In this document: positions 49,059-61,194 of the stretch, in pieces
Layout of the letters: every line of letters begins with the position of its first letter
How positions within the stretch are numbered: position 1 is the first letter of the stretch
NCBI GenBank assembly: GCA_030390025.1
Contig: CM059445.1
Coordinates: 12,028,001 to 12,092,000 of the forward strand
Source of the DNA: Squalus acanthias
Lineage: Eukaryota
Length of the DNA stretch: 64,000 nucleotides
Direction: 5' to 3'
Notes under the pieces: generated by a model
Seen by the model: the letters and a program-made list of their open reading frames with translations, nothing else
Told to the model about the DNA's origin: nothing
The model's database searches: none
Made by a program: the position numbers and the translations under genes

Positions 49059-50440
49059 CCAATCCTATACAGATCCAGTTACAGACTCTGGTCCCCATTT
49101 TATAAGGCTCTGGTTAGACACCATCCTCCATTCCATAGGGATCTGGTTACCGACACCAAACCCATCTCTCTGTAGGGCCAGGTTACAGACGTTGAGCCCT
49201 ATCCCATCTGGATCTGGAGTATCAAAAACACAATTTCTAAATTTGCGGATGACACCAAATTGGGGGGATAGTCAATACTGAGGAGGACTGCAACAAATTA
49301 CAGGAGGACATTAATAAACTTGCAGAATGGGCATATAATTGGCAAATGAAGTTCAACACAGACAAATGTGAGGTATTACATTTTGGTAGGAAGAACAGGG
49401 AGGTCACTTATCACTTGGAGGGTGCGAGTCTAGGTGGGGTAGAGGAACAAAGGGATCTCGGAGCACAAATACACAAATCACTAAAAGTTGCGACACAGGT
49501 TAGCAAGGCCATAAAAAAAAGCAAACCAAGCACTAGGGTTTATTTCTAGAGGTATAGAATTGAAAAGTAGGGAAGTTATGCTAAACCTGTATCGAACCTT
49601 GGTTAGACCACACTTAGAGTACTGCATACAGTTCTGGTCACCGTATTATAAAAAGGATATAGAGGCACTGGAGAGGGTGCAGAGAAGATTTACAAGGATG
49701 ATACCAGAAATGTGAGGGTATACCTATCAGGAAAGGATGAACAGGCTGGGTCTCTTTTCTCTTGAAAAAAGAAGGCTGAGGGGTGACCTAATAGAGGTCT
49801 TTAAAATTATGATTTGGTAGAGTGGATACAGAGAGAATGCTTCCATTTGTGGGGAGGAGCATAACTAGAGGCCATCAATATAAGATAGTCACCAAGAAAT
49901 CCAATAGGGAATTCAGAAGAAACTTCTTTACCCAGAGAGTGGTGAGAATGTGGAACTTGCTTACCCAGAGAGCGGTTGAAGCGAATAGTATAGATGCATT
50001 TTAGGGGAAGCTGGACAAGCATATGAGGGAGAAGGGAATAGAGGGTTATGCTGATAGATTTAGATGAGGAAAGACGGGAGGAGGCTCGTGTGGAGCATAA
50101 ACACCGGCATGGACTGGTTGGACTGAATGGCCTGTTTCTGTGCAGTATATCCTATGTAATTCTATGTATACACAGTGAACAGGATACCAGTTACAGCTGA
50201 TGCCACACCCAGCTATGAAGAATGATTAATCTGAAGCTAGGTCAGGATGTGGTTTTCAGTTATAGAAGTACAGGAAGGCTGATGCAACCATTTACCATCA
50301 AATTATCTTTCCCAACAAGGGGAAAAAAATAATGTAGTTCTCATCGGTGGTGAGCAGGGATCAGAGACAATCCACCCGAGGAGTTTACTGATTTAAGATA
50401 GCCCAGTAATCAATGCAATTACACAAAGTTGGTAGCCCAC

Positions 50441-50658
50441 TGACATGAATCTGTCATAAAGACTTATGAAATAATACTGGGCGGCCTGCGGGTGGCGCTG
50501 TCCAGGGAGAGTATAAATACTCGGGCACGGGCCCAGCTTGCGCAGGACATTCTTAACAGGAACTAGTGAAGGACACAACTAGACCTCCATGTTGTAAAAC
50601 AGTTGATTAAAGCTTTGTTTAACGCTTAGACCAAGTGCCTAGTAGTTTTCTTACGTCA
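50441..50658 (+). mobile_element. Solo LTR, copy 2
   Basis: TGAC...GTCA termini, GTATAAATA, ATTAAA, target duplication CCCAC. Confidence 0.85.
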
Positions 50659-50714
50659 CCCACTTTGAATTTCAGTAGCCGAGCGCAAAATTAATATCGA
50701 TTCATAACAAAGAT

Positions 50715-51118
50715 CTGAGTCACACATCATCCCATCAGGATCTAGGATCTACACACTGACCTCATCCAGGCAGAATCTCGGGGTCACTCATTGACTCCAT
50801 CCCATCAGGGGCCTGGTAACTCATGCATTGATCTTATCCCATTGAGATTTATGGTACACACTGACTGACCCCCATCCCATCACAAACTCGGGTGCACACA
50901 CACCCCTCATCCCATCAGAATCCATGTTACCCGCACACAGACACTATTCCATGGGGATCCAGATTGCACACGTTGTTCCAATCTCAATGGAATGGGGTCA
51001 ATGCATGTGTAATCCAAATCCCCATCCAAGTCCAGACTGCACACACATACTGGATCAATCCCAACAGGGTCCTCTTAATTCGTGCTTGGACCCCATTCCA
51101 TGGAGGTTTGGGGTACAT
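50715..51118. repeat. Degenerate tandem array, unit roughly 40 bp (CCCATCCCATCAGGGATCTGGGTTACACAC-like); related units at 47900-47965 and 49060-49220
   Basis: Recurrent CATCCCAT...GATC...ACAC motifs at roughly regular spacing. Confidence 0.55.
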
Positions 51119-51847
51119 ATAAAAGAAAGACTTGCATTTCTATAGCACCTTTCATGACCACCGGACGTCTCAAAGCGCTTTACAGCCAATTAAGTACTTT
51201 TTTTTTCGGAGTGTAGTCACTGTTGTAATGTGGGAAACGCGGCAGCCAATTTACACACAGCAAGCTCCCACAAACAGCAATGTGATAATGACCAGATAAT
51301 CTGTTTTAGTGATGTTGATTGAGGGATAAATATTGGCCAGGACACCGGGGGCGAACTCGCCTGCTCTTCTTCGAAATAGTGCCGTGGGATCTTTTGCCTC
51401 CACCTGAGAGAACCTCGGTTTAACGTCTCATCCGAAAGACGGCACCTCCGACAGTGCGGCACTCCCTCAGCACTGCACTGGGAGTGTCAGCCTGGATTTT
51501 TGTGCTCAAGTCTCTGGAGTGGGGACCTGAACCCACAACCTTCTGACTCAGAGGCGAGAGAGTGCTACCCACTGAGAAACATGCTTGGTGCCCATTCCAT
51601 GAAGGTTCAGGGCATTCATGTTGTTGAATCTTGATGGAATCAGTTTAAAACAATAACAACTTGAATTTATATAGCACCTTTAACGTAGAAAAAATATCCA
51701 AGGCGCTTCACAGAGGCGTAATCTGAGAAAAATGGATGCTGAGACAAAGAAGGAGATATTAGGAAGGGTAATCAAAAGCTTGATCAAAGAGGTGGGTTTA
51801 AAGGAGAAAGGGGAGATGGAGGCAGAGGAGGGGTAGGGGTTTAGGGA

Positions 51848-53073
51848 GAACATAAGAACATAAGAAATAGGAGCAGGAGTAGGCCAATCGGCCCCTCGAG
51901 CCTGCTCCGCCATTCAATAAGATCATGGCTGATCTGATCCTAACCGCCAATCTACTATCTATCACAGAACCATCTCCTGCATCTAACAGAATTGCACACA
52001 CGAATTAGGAGCAGAATCAGGCTACACAGTCCCTGGGCCCGCTCCACTACCCACAGGGCCATGACCGATCCGAACCTAGACTCATGTCCAAATTCCTGCC
52101 CGCTCCCCGTAACCCTTAATGCCCTTTACTTCTAGGAAACTGTCTATTTCTGTTTTAAATTTAATTAATGTTGTAGCTTCTACAGCTTTTTGTGGCAGCA
52201 TATTCCATGGACCTACCACCCTCTGAGTGAAGTAGTTCCTCCTCATCTCAGTTTTGAAAGAGCAGCCCCTTATTCTAAGACTATGTCCCCTAGTTCTCGT
52301 CTCACCCGTCATCGGGAACATCCTCCCCGCATCCACCCGATCCAACCCCTTCACAATCTTATATGTTTCAATAAGATCGCCTCTCATTCTTCTGAACTCC
52401 AATGAGTAGAGTCCCAATCTACCCAACCTCTCCTCATATGACCACCCCCTCATCCCCGGGATTAACCGAGTGAACCTTTTTTGCACTGCCTCGAGAGCAA
52501 GGATGTCTTTCCTTAAGTAAGGACACCAAAACTGTATGCAGTATTCCAGGTGCGGTCTCACCAATACCTTGTACAACTGAAGCAATACCTCCCTATTTTT
52601 ATATTCTATCCCCCTAGCAATGAAAGCCAACATTCCATTTGCCTTCTTAATCACTTGCTGCACCTGCATACTAACCTTTTGAGTTTCGTGCACCAGGACC
52701 CCCAGATCCCTTTGCACTTCAGTACTCTCCAGTTTCTTGCCATTAAGATAATAAATTGCTCTAGGATTTTTCCTGCCAAAGTGCATCACCTCACACTTTC
52801 CAGTGTTGTATTCCATCTGCCAAATCTCTGCCCACTTACTTAGCCTGTCTATGTCCCCTTGCAGGTTTTTTATGTCCTCCTCACTCACTACTTTCCCTCC
52901 CATCTTTGTATCATCTGCAAATTTTGATATGTTACACTTGGTCCCTTCCTCCAAATCGTTAATATAGATTGTGAAGAGTTGGGGACCCAGCACTGACCCC
53001 TGTGGAACACCACTAGTTACTGATTGCCAGTCTGAGAATGAACCATTTATCCCAACTCTTTGCTTTCTGTTAG
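51848..53073 (-). mobile_element. Young CR1 3' fragment with uninterrupted RT C-terminal frame
   Basis: ORF 52082-52993, 303 aa without stops; CR1 tail at 51848. Confidence 0.93.
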
Positions 53074-54148
53074 AGGAGCGTAGGCCTGGTCACCATTAGT
53101 GGGACAAAGGCATGGGGGTATACAAGAGGGCAAAATCCACCATCTAAAAGGCACAAGTCAGGAGTGTGATGGAATACTCTCCACTTGCCTGGATGAGGGC
53201 AGCTCCAACAACACAAGAAGCTCGACACCATCCAGGACAATGCAGCCCGCTTGATTGGCACCCCATCCACCACCTTAAACATTCACTCCCTCCAGCACCG
53301 GCGGACCCGGATTCCCATTGACTTCAGTTTTACTAGGGCCCCTTGATGCCACACTCGGTCAAACGCTGCCTTGATGTCGAGAGCAGTCGCTCTCACCTCA
53401 CCACTGGAATTCAGCTCTTTTGTCCATGTTTGGACCAAGGCTGTAATGAGTTCTAGAGCTCAGTGGTCCTGGCGGAACCCAAACTGAGCATTGGTGAGCA
53501 GATTATTGGTGAGTAAGTGATGCTTGATAGCACTGTCGACGGCACCTTCCATCACTTTGCTGATGATTGAGAGTAGACTGATGGGGCGGTAATTGGCCGG
53601 ATTGGATTTGTCCTGCTTTTTGTGGACATAAGTTATCGAGCCGGGGGAGCTTAGGGAGAAAGGGAGGGTCAAGCCCATGAAGAAATTTAAACATAAGGAT
53701 GAGAATTTTAAATTTGAGGCTCTGGATGATCTGCAGGCAAGTGAGAACAGGACATGGGCAGAGTTTTGGATGTACTGAAATATATGACCAGTGGAAGATG
53801 GGAGACCTGCCAGGAAAGCAGTGTGATAGTCAAATCTGGAGGTCACAAAGGTGTGGATGAGGGTTTCACTGGCAGATGTGCTGATGCAGGGGTGGAGGAG
53901 GGCGACGTTAGGGAGGTGTAAGTAGGCAGTCTTTGTGACGGAGCGTATGTAGGGTCAGGAGATCAGCTCTGGGTCAAATAAGACGGCAAGATTGGTTTGG
54001 TTTGAGACACTAGCCGGGGAGGGGTTATAATCCGTGGCTTGGGTATGGTATTTGTGCGGGGACTGAAGGACGATGGCTTCATTCTTCCCAATGTTTAAGT
54101 AGAGAAAATCACAGCTTAATCAAGACTGAGTTTTGATTGGATGACTTG

Positions 54149-54375
54149 TGACATGAATCTTGTCATTCATGGAAAATGACTTATGAAATAATACTGGGTG
54201 GCCTGCTGGTGGCGCTGTCCAGGTAGAGTACAAATACTCGGGCACGGGCCCAGCTTGCACAGGACATTCTTAACAGGAACTAGAGAAGGACACAACGAGA
54301 TCTCCATGTTGTAAAACAGTTGATTAAAGCTTTGTTTAACGCTTAGACCAAGTGCCTAGTAGTTTTCTTACGTCA
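54149..54375 (+). mobile_element. Solo LTR, copy 3
   Basis: Same family; target duplication ACTTG (54144-54148, 54376-54380). Confidence 0.85.
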
Positions 54376-57300
54376 ACTTGTATTGGCCATTTACTGAGCC
54401 AAGCCAGCCAACCAATAACGAGAAGCCAAATAATGTCACCAGACCAGTGTATACAACCTGAAGCTCAGTGGAGACATCTCACTTCAGAACTGACAAAGGA
54501 ATTAGCAGGTAGACTGCACCCACCCCATGAGGAGTCTCCCTCCGCTTCCTTCAGGTCTCTATTCAGGCCCTGATACTGTTTTCAGGCTGCAGTTAGTGTC
54601 AGCCAGTGGCTCAGTGGGTAGCACTCTCTCGCCTCGGAGTCAGAAGGTTGTGGGTTCAAGTCCCACTCCAGAGACTTGAACACATAAATCTAGGCTGACA
54701 CTCCCAGTGCAGTGCTGAGGGAGTGCTGCACTGTCGGAGGTGCCGTCTTTTGGATGAGATGTTAAACCGAGGCCCCGTCTGCTCTCTCAGGTGGACATAA
54801 AAGATCCTATGGCACTATTTTGAAGAAGAGCAGGGGAGCTCTCCCCGGTGTCCTGGCCAATATTTATCGTTCAATTAACATCACTAAAAACTGATTATCT
54901 GGTCATTATCACATTGCTGTTAGTGGGAGCTTGCTGTGCGCAAATTGGCTCCCACGTTTCCGACATTACAACAGTGACTAGAATTCAAAAAGGTACTTCA
55001 TTGGCTGTAAATGCAAGTCTTTCTAGTTTTTTTGCAGGTGGAGAGTTTCCTGAAACCTAGCCACTTCACACTGACGCTATACTTGCATTGTATCCCTAAG
55101 GATGGATACAAGACAGCAAGGAAGGTAGAAAAGCTTAATTCGAAGCACTATTAACTGACAATACAACTGCTGGACAATGGGATGCAGGTACGTACTGGTA
55201 AAACGGAGGCAGAAAGGGTTTAGAACAGCAACCAGGAAGCACTTCACAAAAAGTGAAGTTGTCCATTTTGGCAGGAAGAATAAAAAAGAAGCATATTATC
55301 TAAATGGTGAGAGACTGCAGAGCTCTGAGATGCAGAGGTATCTGGGTGTCCTAGTGCATGAATCGCAAAAGGTTACTATGCAGGTACAGCAAGTAATTAG
55401 GAAAGCTAATAGAATGTTATTGTTTATTGTGAGGGGAATTGAATACAAAAGTAGGGAGGTTATGCTTCAGTTATACAGGGCATTGGGGAGACCACATCTG
55501 GAGTACTGTGTACAGTATTGGTCTCCTTATTTAAGGAAGGATGTAAATGCGTTGGAAGCAGTTCAAAGAAGGTTTACTAGACTAATACCTGGAATGGGCG
55601 GGTTGTCTTATGAGGAAAGGTTGGACAGGCTAGGCTTGTATCAGCTGGAGTTTAGAAGAATAAGAGGTGACTTGATTGAAACATATAAGATCCTGAGGGG
55701 TCTGGACAGGGTGGATGTGGAGAGGATGTTTCCTCTTGTGGGAGAATCTAGAACTAGGGGTCACTGTTTAAAAATAAGGGGTCGCCCATTTAAGACAGAG
55801 ATGAGGAGAAATTTTTTCTCACAGAGGGTCGTGAGTCTTTGGAACTCTGTTCCTCAGAGGGCGGTGGAAGCAGAGTCTTTGAATATTTTTAAGGCAGAGG
55901 TAGATAGATTCTTGGTAAGCAAGGGGGGGTGAAAGGTTATCGGGGGTAGGGGGGAATGTGGAGTAATCGGATCAGCCATGATCTTATTGAATGGCGGAGC
56001 AGGGCGAGGGGGCCGAGTGGCCTACTCCTGCTCCTAATTCAGATGTTCGTATGTAAGAAAGATGACTTCCTGGGTTGGACCTCTAGGTGGGGTGATGTGG
56101 AAGCAAAAAGTCGGCAATGACTCAATCATGCTATGACTGGGGAGGGGGCATATTTAGGTATCGGTACAAGGATGAGCCAGATATGCCAAATTAATTCCCT
56201 CCTGCGTATTTATCTCAACTGCATTTACATAATTACTCAGATTGGCCCTGAATTTGTGTGGCTTCTCATTTCAACTTTCTAATCTAACTTAATTTGTTTT
56301 CAGCAAGGATGGCTCAATTCATCTGGACAATGCCATCAGCTGCTGCTGTGGTCTATGCTCACAGCTACCCCCATGTGGGCAATGATGGTACAGCAGTTTG
56401 GTTCACATCATCTGAGTCCAACCCGCTCTGGATGCCAGGGAGAATCAATGTTTCAAACAAACTAACGTTGTATGTACTAAGCAAATTTTCAGGGAAATCG
56501 CAGCCCTCAAGAACAAGCTGACTCCTGCATTAAATGGGCACCTTTATTTCAGCAAAGCTGTCACGGTGACTCGTGCAGAGACTGGAAGGATCACAGAGGC
56601 ATTGCCACTATGTCGATCTGAAGTCCGGATTAAGGTAGAATGTGCAACTCGAAGGGACTCCGAACTCCATCTGCCCCATCATCTCCCTCCCTTCGGGATG
56701 ATGTGCACTCCTGTGATCCCAAATAAGTCCATCCTCAATGTCTCCTTCACCTTGAGAAAGGGTAAGAACATAAGAAATAGGAGCAGAAGTAGGCCATTTG
56801 GCCCCTTGAGCCTACTCCTATTTCTTATGTCCCACTTTCCTGCACTATTCCCATATCCCTTGATTCCCTTAATGTCCAAAAATCTATCGATCTCAGTCTT
56901 GAATATACTCAACGACTGAGCATCCACAGCCCTCTGGGGTAGAGAATTCCAAAGATTCACAACCCTCTAAGTGAAGAAATTTCTCCACATCTCAGTCCTA
57001 AATGGTCGACCCCTTATTCTTTTTTTTATTCGTTCATGGGATGTGGTCGTCGCTGGCAAGGCCAGCATTTATTGCCCATCCCTAGTTGCCCTTGAGAAGG
57101 TGGTGGTGAGCCGCCTTCTTGGACCGCTGCAGTCTGTGTGGTGAAGGTGCTCCCACAGTGCTGTTCGGGAGGGAGTTCCAGGATTTTGACCCAGCGACGA
57201 TGAAGGATCGGCGATATACTTCCAAGTCAGGATGGTGTGTGACTTGGAGGGAAATTTGGAGGTGGTGGTGTTCCCATGCGTCTGCTGCCCTTGTCCTTCT

Positions 57301-57942
57301 AGGTGGAAGAGGTTGTGGGTTTGTGAGGTGCTGCTGAAGAAGCCTTGGCGAGTTGCTGCAGTGCATCTTGTAGATGGTACACACTGCAGCCACGGTGCGC
57401 CGGTGGTGGAGGGAGTGAATGTTCAAGGTGGTGGATGGGGTGCCAATCAAGCGGGCTGCTTTGTCCTGGATGGTGTCGAGCTTCTTGAGTGTTGTTGGAG
57501 ATGCACTCATCCAGGCAAGTGGAGAGTATTCCATCACACTCCTGACTCGTGCCTTGTAGATGATGGAAAGGCTTTGGGGAGTCAGGAGGTGGGACACTCG
57601 CCGCAGAATACCCAGCCTCTGACCTGCTCTTGTTCTGAGACTGTGACCCCTGGTTCTAGACTCCCCAGCTAGGGGAAACATCCTCCTAGCATCTACCCTG
57701 TCAAGCTCTTTAAGAATTTTATATGTTCATTGAAGGAGCAACTAAAACCCCTCCCTCCAACAGGCAGACTGTGACAGACTTTAGCCATTATTCTTTGAAG
57801 CCTCATGCTGTAGGTTTCAGTGAGAGGCTTTGACGCAGATATCAACAAAGGGTCACACTGTCAGATTTAGTACAATGCCAATACTTTCCTGCTTTAAAAT
57901 GACCAGTCCAAGTGAATTGTCGCTCAACTTGTCAAACACTAG

Positions 57943-58771
57943 GGGCTGGATTTTACTCACCGAGACAAGTTAGGGGCGGGACTGCTGCCTTCCGGGTTCT
58001 AGTCCCGCCCGCAGCGACGTCTGACGAACAGACGCTATTTTCCCCTGATTGGCCTTGTTAAGCCCGCCCTGTGGGCTTGCCGGCCAATTAAGGGAAAGCC
58101 GATGTCAGATGACGTCAGTTGATGACGCTTCATCTGCCGGTTTTCTTAAAGGCATATGCACCGCACTTGTTTGACAGATGATTTGACAGTGTTTGACAGC
58201 ATTGAGGTGCTGTCAAACACTGACAATCACTGTCCAAAGGTGAGCCCTTGCACTCAAGCTCTCCAATTACTCTCTCCTTATGATAAAACAGATGGCAGCT
58301 GCAACTGAGATTGCAGAAGCGATCTGTCACTTCTCCCGATGAGATGAGGCTACACAAACACTTCACAGCTTGTCACCTGCAGAAACATCTAACCACATTA
58401 AAAATTACTTTCACAACATATCCTTAACTCTGATACTAACCAGTGTCCCATTGCATCCTTCACACCACTTCTGCAGCTGTCATCCAAGCACCAACATAAC
58501 AACAGACCCACAGCACGCCTCACTTACCCTGGCGGGGTTGCCCGACGTCGGGAAGCCTGCAGCAGCAGTCGAAAAATTGGAAAAAGCCTCTTAACTACCT
58601 GTTAACTATCTGTTAACAGGCAGTTAAGTGGCTATAATCCTCTTCCCACCTCGAGGAGTAGGGTCCCTTCGCAAATCGGGGACCCGACTCCCAGGAAGAT
58701 TGGTTGGAGGCGGATTTTCCCAGCAGTCCCGCCTCCAAACCCGCCTCCTCAGGGCTGGTAAACTCCAGCCC
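57943..58771. mobile_element. PIF/Harbinger-like non-autonomous element
   Basis: Termini GGGCTGGATTTTAC / GTAAACTCCAGCCC; flanks AAACAC...GTCT resemble a Harbinger target; the target duplication is not clean. Confidence 0.6.
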
Positions 58772-61194
58772 ACGGTCTCAGCATCAGTTACTCCAACCAC
58801 GGCTAAAACTGGTACAAAAGATCAAAGCACCACGGTTACCCCTTCCCCACTTATTTTCCCCCCCGCACCCCGAAAGCATCGACACTTGCAGTTGGAGTGG
58901 CGCCAGCAGCCCTGCAGTATCTCAACACATATCCTTGTGGGTTCAAGTCCCACTCCAGAGACTTTGAGCACAAACTCCAGGCTGACCCGCCAGTATAGTG
59001 CTGAGAGAGTGCTGCACTGTCGGAGGTGCCGTCTTTCGGATGAACCGAGGCCCCATCTGCTCTCTCAGGTGGACGTAAAAGATCCTATGGCACTATTCGA
59101 AGAGCAGGGGAGTTCTCCCCGGTGTCCTGGCCAATATTTATCCCTCAATCAACATCACTGAAACAGATTATCTGGTCATTATCACATTGCTGTTTGTTGA
59201 AGCTTGCTGTGCACAAATTGGCGGCTGCGCTTCCCACATTACAACAGTGACTCCACTTCAAAAAGTACTTCATTGGCTGTAAAGCGCTTTGGGACGTTTT
59301 TAGATCGTGAAAGGCGCTATAGAAATGCAAGTTCTTTCTTTTTTCTTTATTGACGGTTGAGCTTGAACAGCAGGTTTTGAGCCAGATCCAGTCCTCCTAA
59401 CACATTCCAGCAGATGTCACCATGAAGTTAGAGCTGGAACCTCAGATGATTTCCCCCCTCCCCATCTCTTCCCAAACCTGGGGCAGAAGGAAAAGGCAAC
59501 ACCCCGACTACTGTTAGGGGAGGGATCTGCCGATGGATCTCCAATCAGACCCAGGTTCCTCTTGGTCTTGTTGGCTTACTGCTGCCCTGGGTATTGCATT
59601 GAGCAGCTGCACTGTCACCATACCATTTGATAAACTAGCACCAGGTGTCCTTGAGCAGGGACATCCTCGGCCAATTTTAGTACAAACAGGGCCCACAGCA
59701 CAAGTGGTGCTCGGAACTCAACCCACAAGGACTGGTTCCAAACAAGCCCAAATTCTTGGAACATGAAAGAAAAGACAGAGCAGACCTGGCTGAGTTGGAT
59801 CTAATCCCATGTCTCAACATCTCAAAACTTCTCCATCTACAGATTGCACGATTACTGAATTTACTGTTTATTTTAATCTATTCTTCTCCAAGGCATCTTC
59901 TCCTCGCTATGGAATCGTTCTGAGGCCTTCAGTTCACCTTCACTAAGTCACCCAGGTGTCAACCTTCACACTATTGGCAGCCTATCCAACCAGTGGGGCA
60001 TCAAAGTTAACCCTGAATCATTGTTCAGACAGCGTCCACTTCTCAGGGCCAATAGAAGCCATTACCAGGGACTTGAGCACATAAAGCTAGGCTGACACTC
60101 CAGTGCAGTGCTGAGGGAGTGCCGCACTGTCGGAGGTGCCGTCTTTCAGATGAGACGTTAAACCGAAGCCCCGTCTGCTCTCTCAGGTGGACGTAAAAGA
60201 TCCCTTGGCACTATTTGGAAGAAGAGCAGGGGGAGTTATCCCCGTTGTCCTGGCCAATATTTATCCCTCAATCAACATAACAAAAACAAATGATCTGACC
60301 ATTATCACATTGCTGTTTGTGGGAGCTTGCTGTGCGCAAATTGGCTGCCGCGTTTCCTACATTACAACAGTGATAACATTTCAAAAAGTACTTCATTGGC
60401 TGTAAAGCGTTTTGAGACGTCCGGTGGTCGTGAAAGGCGCGATAGAAATGCAAGTCTTCCTTTCTTTCTTTCAAATATTTTTATTCAAAAACAATAATAC
60501 CTGTACAACTCATCAATTACATAGTAAATCCATTACATAGTAAATCCATTACATTCATCCATCACAGTAAAAAATAAAGCCTTAAAAACAGCCTTATAGT
60601 TAATATAAATGCAATGATTAATTTTACAAATAATCAATAATGTTTACAGTACAAATACCCTTAAACAATACCACACAACTTTTTAGATTTAAAATAATAA
60701 ATCTCAAAGTTAACTCCACATAAAACAAAACCCATTTCAACACCAGTGTACAAACACATAGCACCATCATAATCCAATTAAATGCTACAGTTAACATTTA
60801 TTCCAATAAACCAAGAAAAACCCGTTTTACGCCAGTCCTACTGGCATTGTTCGTTCGATCATTCATTCAATTGTTCGTTCGCCTTTCTTTCTTTCAATGT
60901 CAAATCGGACTGATTTTCCCTCTCATCGACCTCCCCGCTGAGGCCAGTTACAGTATCCCAACTACATTCAGCCATGGTCACCCATCCTGCTCAGTGTCTT
61001 CATCGATGACATTGGATGAAAACTGACTTGAAATTGATGTTCTTGGCATTTCTGCAAAGTGCTCCTTTCCCCCAAAACATTGGTTGGAATCCCAATGTAA
61101 CTTGTTTTAGTCACTTCAAAGCAGTAGTCTTGCTCAGAGGCCCCATAGCGAGTCTGTTCTGGTTCCAAACGAGCCCAAAGTCAATAAATAAACT

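Noticed and set aside
50715-51118. Repeat-spacer-like periodicity suggesting a CRISPR-type array
   Set aside because: Eukaryotic context, degenerate units without distinct spacers, and no cas genes; it is a decayed minisatellite
56294-56760. Plus-strand acceptor and ORFs as candidate exons of a head-to-head paralogue
   Set aside because: No Ig or other recognisable motifs, stops in all frames, and the apparent donor overlaps a CR1 tail
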